Below are positions 14,201 through 26,200 of a stretch of DNA of 64,000 nucleotides, one piece after another. How positions within the stretch are numbered: the stretch's first letter is position 1; each line of letters starts with the position of its first letter. This DNA is from Eledone cirrhosa (lineage: Eukaryota): the NCBI GenBank assembly GCA_964016885.1, contig OZ024741.1, positions 20,584,001 to 20,648,000 on the forward strand. The letters are read 5' to 3'. Below the pieces are notes generated by a model, which was not told where the DNA came from, did not search any database, and saw nothing but the letters and a program-made list of their open reading frames with translations. A program made the translations under genes and the position numbers.

Positions 14201-17200
14201 GGTAAAGCCTTTACTGTGAAAATACAATAGTATATATAGAGTAATGTAAATGTTATGTGAGGTAAAGCCTTTACTTTGAAAATACAATACTATATATAGA
14301 GTAATGTAAATGTTATGTGAGGTAAAGCCTTTACTGTGAAAATACAATAGTATATATAGAGTAATGTAAATGTTATATGAGGTAAAGCCTTTACTGTGAA
14401 AATACAATAGTATATATAGAGTAATGTAAATGTTATGTGAGGTAAAGCCTTTACTGTGAAAATATAATAGTAAATATAGAGTAATGTAAATGTTATGTGA
14501 GGTAAAGCCTTTACTGTGAACATACAATAGTATATATAGAGTAATGTAAATGCTATGTGAGGTAAAGCCTTTACTGTGAAAATACAATAGTATATATGTG
14601 ACGTAAAGCCTTTACTGTGAAAATACAATAGTATATATAGAGTAATGTAAATGTTTTGTGAGATAAAGCCTTTACTGTGAAAATACAATAGTATATATAG
14701 AGTAATGTAAATGTTATGTGAGGTAAAGCCTTTACTGTGAAAATATAATAGTAAATATAGAGTAATGTAAATGTTATGTGAGGTAAAGCCTTTACTGTGA
14801 AAATACAATACTATATATAGAGTAATGTAAATGTTAAGTGAGATAAAGCCTTTACTGTGAAAATACAATACTATATATAGAGTAATGTAAATGCTATGTG
14901 AGGTAAAGCCTTTGCTGTGAAAATACAATACTATATATAGAGTAATGTAAATGTTATGTGAGATAAAGCCTTTACTGTGAAAATACAATAGTATATATAG
15001 AGTAATGTAAATGTTATGTGAGGTAAAGCCTTTACTTTGAAAATACAATACTATATATAGAGTAATGTAAATGTTATGTGAGGTAAAGCCTTTACTGTGA
15101 AAATACAATAGTATATATAGAGTAATGTAAATGTTATGTGAGATAAAGCCTTTACTGTGAAAATATAATAGTAAATATAGAGTAATGTAAATGTTATGTG
15201 AGGTAAAGCCTTTACTGTGAACATACAATAGTATATATACAGTAATGTAAATGCTATGAGGTAAAGCCTTTACTGTGAAAATACAATAGTATATATAGAG
15301 TAATGTAAATGTTATGTGACGTAAAGCCTTTACTGTGAAAATACAATACTATATATAGAGTAATGTAAATGTTATGTGAGGTAAAGCCTTTACTGTGAAA
15401 ATACAATACTATATATAGAGTAATGTAAATGTTATGTGAGGTAAAGCCTTTACTGTGAAAATACAATAGTATATATAGAGTAATGTAAATGTTATGTGAG
15501 GTAAAGCCTTAACTGTGAAAATACAATAGTAAATATAGAGTAATGTAAATGTTATGTGAGGTAAAGCCTTTACTGTGAAGATACAATAGTATATATAGAG
15601 TAATGTAAATGTTATGTGAGGTAAAGCCTTTACTGTGAAAATACAATACTATATATAGAGTAATGTAAATGTTATGTGAGGTAAAGCCTTTACTGTGAAA
15701 ATACAATAGTATATATAGAGTAATGTAAATGTTATGTGAGGTAAAGCCTTTACTGTGAAAATACAATACTATATATGGTGTAATGTAAATGTTATGTGAG
15801 GTAAAGCCTTTACTGTGAAAATACAATACTATATATAGAGTAATGTAAATGTTATGTGAGGTAAAGCCTTTACTGTGAAAATACAATACTATATATAGAG
15901 TAATGTAAATGTTATGTGAGGTAAAGCCTTTACTGTGAAAATACAATAGTATATATAGAGTAATGTAAATGTTATATGAGGTAAAGCCTTTACTGTGAAA
16001 ATACAATAGTATATATAGAGTAATGTAAATGTTATGTGAGGTAAAGCCTTTACTGTGAAAATATAATAGTAAATATAGAGTAATGTAAATGTTATGTGAG
16101 GTAAAGCCTTTACTGTGAACATACAATAGTATATATAGAGTAATGTAAATGCTATGTGAGGTAAAGCCTTTACTGTGAAAATACAATAGTATATATGTGA
16201 CGTAAAGCCTTTACTGTGAAAATACAATAGTATATATAGAGTAATGTAAATGTTTTGTGAGATAAAGCCTTTACTGTGAAAATACAATAGTATATATAGA
16301 GTAATGTAAATGTTATGTGAGGTAAAGCCTTTACTGTGAAAATACAATACTATATATAGAGTAATGTAAATGTTATGTGAGGTAAAGCCTTTACTGTGAA
16401 AATACAATACTATATATAGAGTAATGTAAATGTTATGTGAGGTAAAGCCTTTACTGTGAAAATACAATAGTATATATAGAGTAATGTAAATGTTATATGA
16501 GGTAAAGCCTTTACTGTGAAAATACAATAGTATATATAGAGTAATGTAAATGTTATGTGAGGTAAAGCCTTTACTGTGAAAATATAATAGTAAATATAGA
16601 GTAATGTAAATGTTATGTGAGGTAAAGCCTTTACTGTGAACATACAATAGTATATATAGAGTAATGTAAATGCTATGTGAGGTAAAGCCTTTACTGTGAA
16701 AATACAATAGTATATATAGAGTAATGTAAATGTTTTGTGAGATAAAGCCTTTACTGTGAAAATACAATAGTATATATAGAGTAATGTAAATGTTATGTGA
16801 GGTAAAGCCTTTACTGTGAAAATATAATAGTAAATATAGAGTAATGTAAATGTTATGTGAGGTAAAGCCTTTACTGTGAAAATACAATACTATATATAGA
16901 GTAATGTAAATGTTAAGTGAGATAAAGCCTTTACTGTGAAAATACAATACTATATATAGAGTAATGTAAATGCTATGTGAGGTAAAGCCTTTACTGTGAA
17001 AATACAATAGTAAATATAGAGTAATGTAAATGTTATGTGAGGTAAAGCCTTTACTGTGAAAATACAATAGTATATATAGAGTAATGTAAATGTTATGTGA
17101 GGTAAAGCCTTTACTGTGAAAATACAATACTATATATAGAGTAATGTAAATGTTATGTGAGGTAAAGCCTTTACTGTGAAAATATAATACTATATATAGA

Positions 17201-17562
17201 GTAATGTAAATGTTATGTGAGGTAAAGCCTTTACTGTGAAAATACAATACTATATATAGAGTAATGTAAATGTTATGTGAGGTAAAGCCTTTACTGTGAA
17301 AATACAATACTATATATAGAGTAATGTAAATGTTATGTGAGGTAAAGCCTTTACTGTGAAAATACAATAGTATATATAGAGTAATGTAAATGCTATGTGA
17401 GGTAAAGCCTTTACTTTGAAAATACAATACTATATATAGAGTAATGTAAATGTTATGTGAGGTAAAGCCTTTACTGTGAAAATACAATACTATATATAGA
17501 GTAATGTAAATGTTATGTGAGGTAAAGCCTTTACTGTGAAAATACAATACTATATATAGAGT
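11271..17562. repeat. 60-bp satellite, block 2
   Basis: Same unit and variants as block 1. Confidence 0.99.
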
Positions 17563-17799
17563 GGTTTCTTTATTTGCCACTAGGGCACAAAAGGTAGGGA
17601 CAGATACAAGGGGGGAAGTTTACATATAATTAACGAGTACAAAAATATAACAATGAAATAACAACAACAAACGAAGTCCTCAATAGGGAGGGGGCATTAA
17701 CATGGGTCGCACACACCCCGGAAAAAATGTGTAACCCTTCTCCTCAGGAGCACAAAGAGTAGGTGCTTCCCTCGTCTCCGCTTTTTCCTCTTCTTTCAC

Positions 17800-20700
17800 C
17801 TACAGGCTGATATAGAGAGAAGACCCATTCACTCTGGCCATTCTCCCTACTTTCACCCACCTTTCATAAAACTTGCTGGGGTAGAGCACCTCTCTCTCCA
17901 TTCTGATCCTTCTTTTAAAATGGTATTTGAAAAAGGGGACCAGTTGTTGGCCGGAGAGAAAGGTGTCTGACCTCAGCCCTTTCAGCCTCGTCCACCATAC
18001 AACTTCTTTAGCCATGGCTACCACACAGAGAAAAACCGCCTCTCCTTCGTTTTTGAAAGGGGGAGGCGGTTTGATCGTGACAATGGACTCGGTGGTCAAC
18101 CGGATTGGTCCCACCCTCGACAGTAGTCGTTCCACATAGCCCCACAGGTCAGCAATGCCTGGGCAGTGTACGAATGCGTGCGCAACGGTTTCGTCATCAT
18201 GCACGCATCTCGGACAGATCTTATTCAAAGGATCTCTACCCAGGCTCCCATGTCTGTGGAGCTTGTCTCGAACGGGTAGAGCCCCTCGGTAGCACTGCCA
18301 AGCCAGGGACTTTTGGAAGTTGTCCATCGGTCCAGGGCCAAACGTCCTACCGAACAGACTGGCCAGTTCATCTTCCTCCATGCCTAGAGCTTCTCCGAGA
18401 GCATCGTCGCACCTGCTGCGTACCAACCCTCTATAGAATGTCGAGGTGGAGTCTCCACTGATTGCCGGGTCCGCTTTCCAGAGGGCCGTGAGCGCCTGGG
18501 CACATTCAATGTGCCAGTCGCCCACTTTTCTCGGTCTTTGCTTGACCCAGGATTGCAGCTCGGTGAGCGAGACGAGTCTGGGAAAGGCTCGCCTCACAAA
18601 CGGGGCCCACACCGGTTGACCGGTGAGGAATACCTGGAGGTGCCGTAGCCTTAATGCGTGTTTACGCATCTGTAGCCACGGCATCCCCAGCCCTCCTTTC
18701 GAAGGGTGTTGACAGCAGATGGATCTCCTCACCAAAGGGGTCCGCTTGTTCCAAAGAAATTGGAACAGCGCGCACTCCATTTTGGCGAGTCTTTTCACTG
18801 GGCAAGGCACGACGGTCAAGCGGTAGTAGATGACGGATGCTATATAAGTATTCGCCACCTCCGCTCGACCTTTCAGGGATAGTTTGCACTGGGCCCACTT
18901 CTGGGTGAGTGCAAACACCCTGGCCGTTACCTCGTTCCAGTTTTTCTCCACCTGGAGGTCTGGTCCGAACCAGACCCCAAGCAGCTTCACCGGGCCCTCC
19001 GTCCAGCGTCCGACGACGTCGTTGGAGGGCATCGGTTTGCCTCTCCATGTTCCGAGTTGCAAACCGACGGACTTGTCCCGGTTCAGCTTGGCTCCTGTAA
19101 ACCTTTCATATTCCTCCAGTAAGGTGCCGATCTCACCGATTTGCGAGGTTTTCGACACCATTACTGTCACGTCATCGGCGTAGGCCGACGCCGCTTTCTG
19201 CAATCCCGGTTCCAAAGGGATGCCCTGCAACCGCTCCAACTTCCGCAGTAGTGGCTCAAGAGCCAGCACATACAGTAGGGAGGAGAGAGGGCATCCCTGT
19301 CGGATGGATCGCATGATTTGGAACGGCTCCGAGAGGTGGCCGTTCACCTTGACCCTTGAGCAGACGTTGCTGCTGTGCATCGCAGCAATCCAACCCCTGA
19401 AAACGGGTCCGAAGCCTGCCGCCGCGAGCACCGCATCCAGGTAACGATGGTCAACCCTATCGAAAGCTTTAGATTGATCCAAGTTGATCAGGGCCCCACC
19501 AAAGCCGGGTTCATTCCCTACCCTCTCTATGATGTATCGCATAAGGTGGAGATTGTCGTGAATGGACCTGGACGGGATTGCGCATGTCTGCGCTTCTCCC
19601 ACCAGGTTTCCAACGACAAGCGCCAACCTCTTCGCTAACACCTTGGCCAAAATCTTTAACTCTGTATTTAGCAGAGTTATGGGCCTGAAGTTACTTATGT
19701 CATCCCCCTTGTTCTCATCCTTCCTCACCAGCGTAACTACGCCCTTGGTCACAGAACTGGGAATTCTCCCGTTCTGCTGCCAGTTGCAGTAGACCGCTTC
19801 GAGGATATCGGAGAACAAGTCCGGCATCGCTACATATAGCTCGTATGGTAGACCATCGAGACCCGGGGATTTGCGTTTGCCGCATTGGCTCAGCGCCGCC
19901 CCTATCTCAGCAGCTGAAATCGTCCTTTCGCAGGACTTCGCCTCCGCGTCCGAGAGGCGCGGCAGACCGTCGAGGTATGGATTGAAATCCATAGTCTCAC
20001 CCGGCGCGCCGCCCCTCTCGAACAGTCGTGCAAAGTGCCGCTGAAAGGCCGCACACATCTGCCCAGGTTCAAGGATCACACGCCCATCCTGGTTCTTCAA
20101 AGACCGAATCGTGGACTTGTTCCCACTTTTTGCCTCTGTCACTCGGGCCCAGCTTACAGCTTTGGCTCCCTCATTACCCAGAGCACGTATTTTACTCCTG
20201 ACAACGCAGCCTTCATGCTTCACCTCAAAGAACTGGTCTAAGGCCATTCTTGATGCCAGCACGCCGGCTACATTGCCACTCCTAATCGCCTCTTCTACTC
20301 TATCTACTAATTCCCTTTCCGTCTTGTTCCTATCCCTTGCTAATTCCTGACTAAAACCTATCGATTCTATTCTAATTGCTCTCTTAAGAGAGCTCCACCA
20401 CCTGTTGTTGACAATTGCCCCTGTCAAACTCTGCTTAACTAACGTGCTAATCCGTTTACTGTAAGCTTTGCTTCTCGGTAAGGACAAGTTCAGCTTCCAG
20501 TAACCGGGTCCCTGTCTATGGGTTCTATCAAGGTTGGCTATGCAGGTCACTAACTTGTGATCCGAATAGTCAACCATGAACATTTTTGGACAGCTAAATG
20601 TGTCCCTATCGTTCTCTCTAACTAGGACCCTATCTAGGTACGACCTAGATGTTCCACTGCGATTGGTCCACGTCCATAGTGGTACAGTCGGAAAATCTAG

Positions 20701-21237
20701 TCGATATCTATCGGCCAGGTCAAATCGGCCGATTAACCTTTTGAGGCTTTTACACCCCCCTCTATTGGCACATGCCCCTACATAGTCCCAACGTGCATCC
20801 AGGATACCATTCCAGTCCCCCACTAAAAGCAAGGAGCGGGACGTTCCCAGAAAAGTTTCCAGACGTTGGAAGTATTCCGGCCGCGCTGCCCAAAAAGGGG
20901 CGTACACAGCTATTAGTCTAAGGGCTCCACTTTCACTACTGCCGACGTCTAAAACCACCAGTCGACCCTCCGGGTCCAGGTGCACCTTCTGTATGGCGAG
21001 GCCCAGGTGTTTTCGCAGCAGAACGACAACTCCACCCCCACCCCCCGGTTGACAGAGAGATGCGAAGATCTCAAAGTCGTCGAAGAGGGGCGCCAGTTGG
21101 TGCTCGCTGCTGATCCTGGACTCGCAAATAGCCATTACATCCATTCTATGTGACCTGAGATCGTTTAAAAGTTTGCCTTGTTTCCAAGACAGTCCCAGGC
21201 CACGTACATTCAGACACCCAACTCTTATATCAGCCAT
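17800..21237 (-). CDS. Tx1/L1-type ORF2: APE endonuclease, reverse transcriptase and C-terminal zinc motif (1145 aa)
   Basis: APE motifs CLNVRG, GDWN, YLDR and SDH; GPGYWKLN; KSPGLDG, NFRPITLLN, LDQSKAFD, IRQGCPLS, YADD; GGLG; CPRC..ETVAHAFVHC. No stops. Confidence 0.96.
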   Translation of the reverse strand: MADIRVGCLNVRGLGLSWKQGKLLNDLRSHRMDVMAICESRISSEHQLAPLFDDFEIFASLCQPGGGGGVVVLLRKHLGLAIQKVHLDPEGRLVVLDVGSSESGALRLIAVYAPFWAARPEYFQRLETFLGTSRSLLLVGDWNGILDARWDYVGACANRGGCKSLKRLIGRFDLADRYRLDFPTVPLWTWTNRSGTSRSYLDRVLVRENDRDTFSCPKMFMVDYSDHKLVTCIANLDRTHRQGPGYWKLNLSLPRSKAYSKRISTLVKQSLTGAIVNNRWWSSLKRAIRIESIGFSQELARDRNKTERELVDRVEEAIRSGNVAGVLASRMALDQFFEVKHEGCVVRSKIRALGNEGAKAVSWARVTEAKSGNKSTIRSLKNQDGRVILEPGQMCAAFQRHFARLFERGGAPGETMDFNPYLDGLPRLSDAEAKSCERTISAAEIGAALSQCGKRKSPGLDGLPYELYVAMPDLFSDILEAVYCNWQQNGRIPSSVTKGVVTLVRKDENKGDDISNFRPITLLNTELKILAKVLAKRLALVVGNLVGEAQTCAIPSRSIHDNLHLMRYIIERVGNEPGFGGALINLDQSKAFDRVDHRYLDAVLAAAGFGPVFRGWIAAMHSSNVCSRVKVNGHLSEPFQIMRSIRQGCPLSSLLYVLALEPLLRKLERLQGIPLEPGLQKAASAYADDVTVMVSKTSQIGEIGTLLEEYERFTGAKLNRDKSVGLQLGTWRGKPMPSNDVVGRWTEGPVKLLGVWFGPDLQVEKNWNEVTARVFALTQKWAQCKLSLKGRAEVANTYIASVIYYRLTVVPCPVKRLAKMECALFQFLWNKRTPLVRRSICCQHPSKGGLGMPWLQMRKHALRLRHLQVFLTGQPVWAPFVRRAFPRLVSLTELQSWVKQRPRKVGDWHIECAQALTALWKADPAISGDSTSTFYRGLVRSRCDDALGEALGMEEDELASLFGRTFGPGPMDNFQKSLAWQCYRGALPVRDKLHRHGSLGRDPLNKICPRCVHDDETVAHAFVHCPGIADLWGYVERLLSRVGPIRLTTESIVTIKPPPPFKNEGEAVFLCVVAMAKEVVWWTRLKGLRSDTFLSGQQLVPFFKYHFKRRIRMEREVLYPSKFYERWVKVGRMARVNGSSLYISL

Positions 21238-21258
21238 GTTGGTTAAAAGAGGAAGGAC

Positions 21259-22998
21259 CTACCTGTTCGGCTCCTGAGGAGCAGGTTGCACAATATCCAT
21301 GGGCGTATTGGAGGGGTTGTTTGGTGGGGTGTTGTTCTGTGGTGGAGTGGGGGTGTTTGGTGAGGTGTGGGTGGGGAAACGTTTCAAGAGGACGCGGTTA
21401 TAGGGTCGAGTACATGTTTTCCCCACGTCCTCAGGAAAGTTCTCTCTTAGTTTTGCATAGGTGTCCATTGGGAGTCTTATCATTTTTAAATGCGGTTTGT
21501 TGGCCGCGCTTGCAAAGAATTGCCCTTCAGTTTCCACCAAAGGGTCTTTGTGTATTGTTTTTACTAGTTCTTTGTTATTTGTGTTAATGTATGTATACTG
21601 TTTTATTTGTGTTGTGTTTGTTTGTTGTTCTTGTGTGTGCTTACGTTTTGTTGTATGTGTTATGTTTTGGGGTGGGGCGGATTTTGTTTGTTCTGTTTGT
21701 TTTGTTTTTGTTGGTGGTTGTGTGTTTGTTTCGTTTATGTTCGAGTGGTGCTTTCTTTTTTTCCTTTTTACAGGTTGGAAGGGTTCCCCCTCTTCGTCAC
21801 TAGGTGCCGTTTCCGCTGGGTCCTCGTCCGTGCTGTCGGGTAGTGGTGTATTTTGGGGTTTTGTTGTATTTGTGTGTGTTTTGGGAGTTGTTTTGGGTGG
21901 GGCCGTGTCTTGTGTTATTTTTCCCTGTTGTTTTTGTTGTTGTTGTGGTGGTGGTGGTGGAGGTGGTGGTGGTGGTGGTGGTGGTGGTGGTGTGTGGGGT
22001 GTAGGCAAAAGAGCCTTTTTTTTTGTCAATTGAGGACAAGCAGCCCTTAGATGACCCCTGCTTGAACAGTAGTAACATATGGGCCTCCTACCCTCGGCTG
22101 AAATATATATAAATGTTTCTCCATCGAGGGACACCCTCTGTGGTATTCTAGCGATTCGTTCTGGTCTCATTTGGACCAGAACCTCCACGCTCAAACCGCC
22201 GAAAACGTCTGTGGTGACTTCTCCTACTGAGAGGATTCCGTCCTCGTCTTCTAAAAATCCTGTTAGTACCCAGGAAATGCATGCATTTGGCCGGATTCCG
22301 GAGACCCTTATCTTCTGCGTTCTTTTCCCTAAATATGTGGGGAAAAATGTATATATCTTGGAAACAATTGGTGCCACAGAGTATTTCCTGGCCGTCAATT
22401 GATCCTTCATTAGGACCGTTATATTCCCATAGAGTGGCCCTTTTTGTATGAACGATATATCACTCCACACATTTTTTAGGACCAGCTCAATCTCTTTTTG
22501 GGATAATTGAGTTGGTTTCCTTGTTATGTTGAAAATTGTTCTGAAAGATATCGTTCTTAGCGTCGTGTCTCTTTTGATTTCTTGTGGGGAGGTGATTGTG
22601 AAGTCTCCTCCTTCTTTGAAAGTTACATACTGTTTCGCTTCCTTCATCTTTTCTCTCAGAGTTGTAATGTCCAGTTGCTTGCAGGTTTGTGTTTTCCGGA
22701 CCGCCTGTGCAAAGGAGGTACCAGTAGTGGGTTCACTTTGTTTGGTGTTATCGTTATTTTTTCCTTGGTTGGTGTTGTGACTATTGCTGTTATTGTCGTT
22801 GATGTTTTTGTCTGCGTTTATGTGACTTTCTGGGTTTTCACCCATTTCTACAAATTTTTCTTTTAATTCCGTGTTCCATGTTTCTTTTGCAGAAGTGAGG
22901 AGGGAAGACTTAGAGCCTTGTGCTTCTAGCTTCTCTGTATCACCTTTCTTAGGGGGCGTGGCTTTCACGTTAGGATGAGATGTGAAAATTCCGTCCAT
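21259..22998 (-). CDS. Tx1-type ORF1 (gag-like) with CCHC zinc knuckle
   Basis: CYYCSSRGHLRAAC (C-x2-C-x4-H-x4-C), poly-Pro/Gln tract and basic KRKKRK. First ATG is at 22998 (the track starts at TTG 23091). Confidence 0.88.
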   Translation of the reverse strand: MDGIFTSHPNVKATPPKKGDTEKLEAQGSKSSLLTSAKETWNTELKEKFVEMGENPESHINADKNINDNNSNSHNTNQGKNNDNTKQSEPTTGTSFAQAVRKTQTCKQLDITTLREKMKEAKQYVTFKEGGDFTITSPQEIKRDTTLRTISFRTIFNITRKPTQLSQKEIELVLKNVWSDISFIQKGPLYGNITVLMKDQLTARKYSVAPIVSKIYTFFPTYLGKRTQKIRVSGIRPNACISWVLTGFLEDEDGILSVGEVTTDVFGGLSVEVLVQMRPERIARIPQRVSLDGETFIYISAEGRRPICYYCSSRGHLRAACPQLTKKKALLPTPHTPPPPPPPPPPPPPPPQQQQKQQGKITQDTAPPKTTPKTHTNTTKPQNTPLPDSTDEDPAETAPSDEEGEPFQPVKRKKRKHHSNINETNTQPPTKTKQTEQTKSAPPQNITHTTKRKHTQEQQTNTTQIKQYTYINTNNKELVKTIHKDPLVETEGQFFASAANKPHLKMIRLPMDTYAKLRENFPEDVGKTCTRPYNRVLLKRFPTHTSPNTPTPPQNNTPPNNPSNTPMDIVQPAPQEPNR

Positions 22999-23210
22999 TT
23001 CTATTAGTTTGCCGTAATAAATTTTTAACTGGAAAATTCGCCCCAAAAAGGGGCGAAAATAAATAAACTCGAAGTTTGACGACCAAGGCAAGGGGTTAAC
23101 GTATATTACAGTATAAAAAAATTAATCAAAACTCACTTTTTGAGTAAGTAAATCCGACTCGGTAGCCGAGCTTGTTCACACACGTCAACACACGTCTCTC
23201 GTATACGAGA

Positions 23211-26200
23211 TGTTATGTGAGATATTATGTGAGGTAAAGCCTTTACTGTGAAAATACAATAGTAAATATAGAGTAATGTAAATGTTATGTGAGGTAAAGC
23301 CTTTACTGTGAAAATATAATAGTAAATATAGAGTAATGTAAATGTTATGTGAGGTAAAGCCTTTACTGTGAAAATACAATAGTATATATAGAGTAATGTA
23401 AATGTTATGTGAGGTAAAGCCTTTACTGTGAAAATATAATAGTAAATATAGAGTAATGTAAATGTTATGTGAGGTAAAGCCTTTACTGTGAACATACAAT
23501 AGTATATATACAGTAATGTAAATGCTATGTGAGGTAAAGCCTTTACTGTGAAAATACAATAGTATATATAGAGTAATGTAAATGTTATATGAGGTAAAGC
23601 CTTTACTGTGAAAATACAATAGTATATATAGAGTAATGTAAATGTTATATGAGGTAAAGCCTTTACTGTGAAAATACAATAGTATATATAGAGTAATGTA
23701 AATGTTATGTGAGGTAAAGCCTTTACTGTGAAAATATAATAGTAAATATAGAGTAATGTAAATGTTATGTGAGGTAAAGCCTTTACTGTGAACATACAAT
23801 AGTATATATAGAGTAATGTAAATGCTATGTGAGGTAAAGCCTTTACTGTGAAAATACAATAGTATATATAGAGTAATGTAAATGTTATGTGAGGTAAAGC
23901 CTTTACTGTGAAAATACAATACTATATATAGAGTAATGTAAATGTTATGTGAGGTAAAGCCTTTACTGTGAAAATACAATAGTATATATAGAGTAATGTA
24001 AATGTTATATGAGGTAAAGCCTTTACTGTGAAAATACAATAGTATATATAGAGTAATGTAAATGTTATGTGTGGTAAAGCCTTTACTGTGAAAATACAAT
24101 ACTATATATAGAGTAATGTAAATGTTATGTGAGGTAAAGCCTTTACTGTGAAAATACAATAGTATATATAGAGTAATGTAAATGTTATATGAGGTAAAGC
24201 CTTTACTGTGAAAATACAATAGTATATATAGAGTAATGTAAATGTTATGTGAGGTAAAGCCTTTACTGTGAAAATACAATAGTATATATAGAGTAATGTA
24301 AATGTTATATGAGGTAAAGCCTTTACTGTGAAAATACAATAGTATATATAGAGTAATGTAAATGTTATGTGAGGTAAAGCCTTTACTGTGAACATACAAT
24401 AGTATATATAGAGTATTGTAAATGCTATGTGAGGTAAAGCCTTTACTGTGAAAATACAATAGTATATATGTGACGTAAAGCCTTTACTGTGAAAATACAA
24501 TAGTATATATAGAGTAATGTAAATGTTATGTGAGGTAAAGCCTTTACTGTGAAAATACAATACTATATATAGAGTAATGTAAATGTTATGTGAGGTAAAG
24601 CCTTTACTGTGAAAATACAATACTATATATAGAGTAATGTAAATGTTATGTGAGGTAAAGCCTTTACTGTGAAAATACAATAGTATATATAGAGTAATGT
24701 AAATGCTATGTGAGGTAAAGCCTTTACTTTGAAAATACAATACTATATATAGAGTAATGTAAATGTTATGTGAGGTAAAGCCTTTACTGTGAAAATACAA
24801 TACTATATATAGAGTAATGTAAATGTTATGTGAGGTAAAGCCTTTACTGTGAAAATACAATAGTATATATAGAGTAATGTAAATGTTATATGAGGTAAAG
24901 CCTTTACTGTGAAAATACAATAGTATATATAGAGTAATGTAAATGTTATGTGAGGTAAAGCCTTTACTGTGAAAATATAATAGTAAATATAGAGTAATGT
25001 AAATGTTATGTGAGGTAAAGCCTTTACTGTGAACATACAATAGTATATATAGAGTAATGTAAATGCTATGTGAGGTAAAGCCTTTACTGTGAAAATACAA
25101 TAGTATATATGGTGTAATGTAAATGTTATGTGAGGTAAAGCCTTTACTGTGAAAATACAATACTATATATGGTGTAATGTAAATGTTATGTGAGGTAAAG
25201 CCTTTACTGTGAAAATACAATACTATATATAGAGTAATGTAAATGTTATATGAGGTAAAGCCTTTACTGTGAAAATACAATAGTATATATAGAGTAATGT
25301 AAATGTTATGTGAGGTAAAGCCTTTACTGTGAAAATACAATACTATATATAGAGTAATGTAAATGCTATGTGAGGTAAAGCCTTTACTGTGAAAATACAA
25401 TAGTATATATGTGACGTAAAGCCTTTACTGTGAAAATACAATAGTATATATAGAGTAATGTAAATGTTATGTGAGGTAAAGCCTTTACTGTGAAAATACA
25501 ATAGTATATATAGAGTAATGTAAATGTTATGTGAGGTAAAGCCTTTACTGTGAAAATACAATAGTATATATAGAGTAATGTAAATGTTATGTGAGGTAAA
25601 GCCTTTACTGTGAAAATACAATACTATATATAGAGTAATGTAAATGTTATGTGAGGTAAAGCCTTTACTGTGAAAATACAATAGTATATATAGAGTAATG
25701 TAAATGTTATGTGAGGTAAAGCCTTTACTGTGAAAATACACTAGTATTTATAGAGTAATGTAAATGTTATGTGAGGTAAAGCCTTTACTGTGAAAATACA
25801 CTAGTATATATAGAGTAATGTAAATGTTATGTGAGGTAAAGCCTTTACTGTGAAAATACACTAGTATATATAGAGTAATGTAAATGTTATGTGAGGTAAA
25901 GCCTTTACTGTTAAAATACACTAGTATATATAGAGTAATGTAAATGTTATGTGAGGTAAAGCCTTTACTGTGAAAATACACTAGTATATATAGAGTAATG
26001 TAAATGTTATGTGAGGTAAAGCCTTTACTGTGAAAATACAATAGTATATATAGAGTAATGTAAATGTTATGTGAGGTAAAGCCTTTACTGTGAAAATACA
26101 ATAGTATATATAGAGTAATGTAAATGTTATGTGAGGTAAAGCCTTTACTGTGAAAATACAATAGTAAATATAGAGTAATGTAAATGTTATGTGAGGTAAA

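Larger units (their letters stand above)
17563..23210 (-). mobile_element. Apparently full-length, intact Tx1/L1-clade non-LTR retrotransposon
   Basis: 5' UTR, ORF1, 21-nt spacer, ORF2, 3' UTR ending AATAAAGAAACC; satellite on both sides. Confidence 0.93.

Noticed and set aside
9198-22866. Plus-strand ORFs overlapping the RTE and Tx1 ORFs
   Set aside because: Antisense shadows of TE coding sequence with no independent motifs
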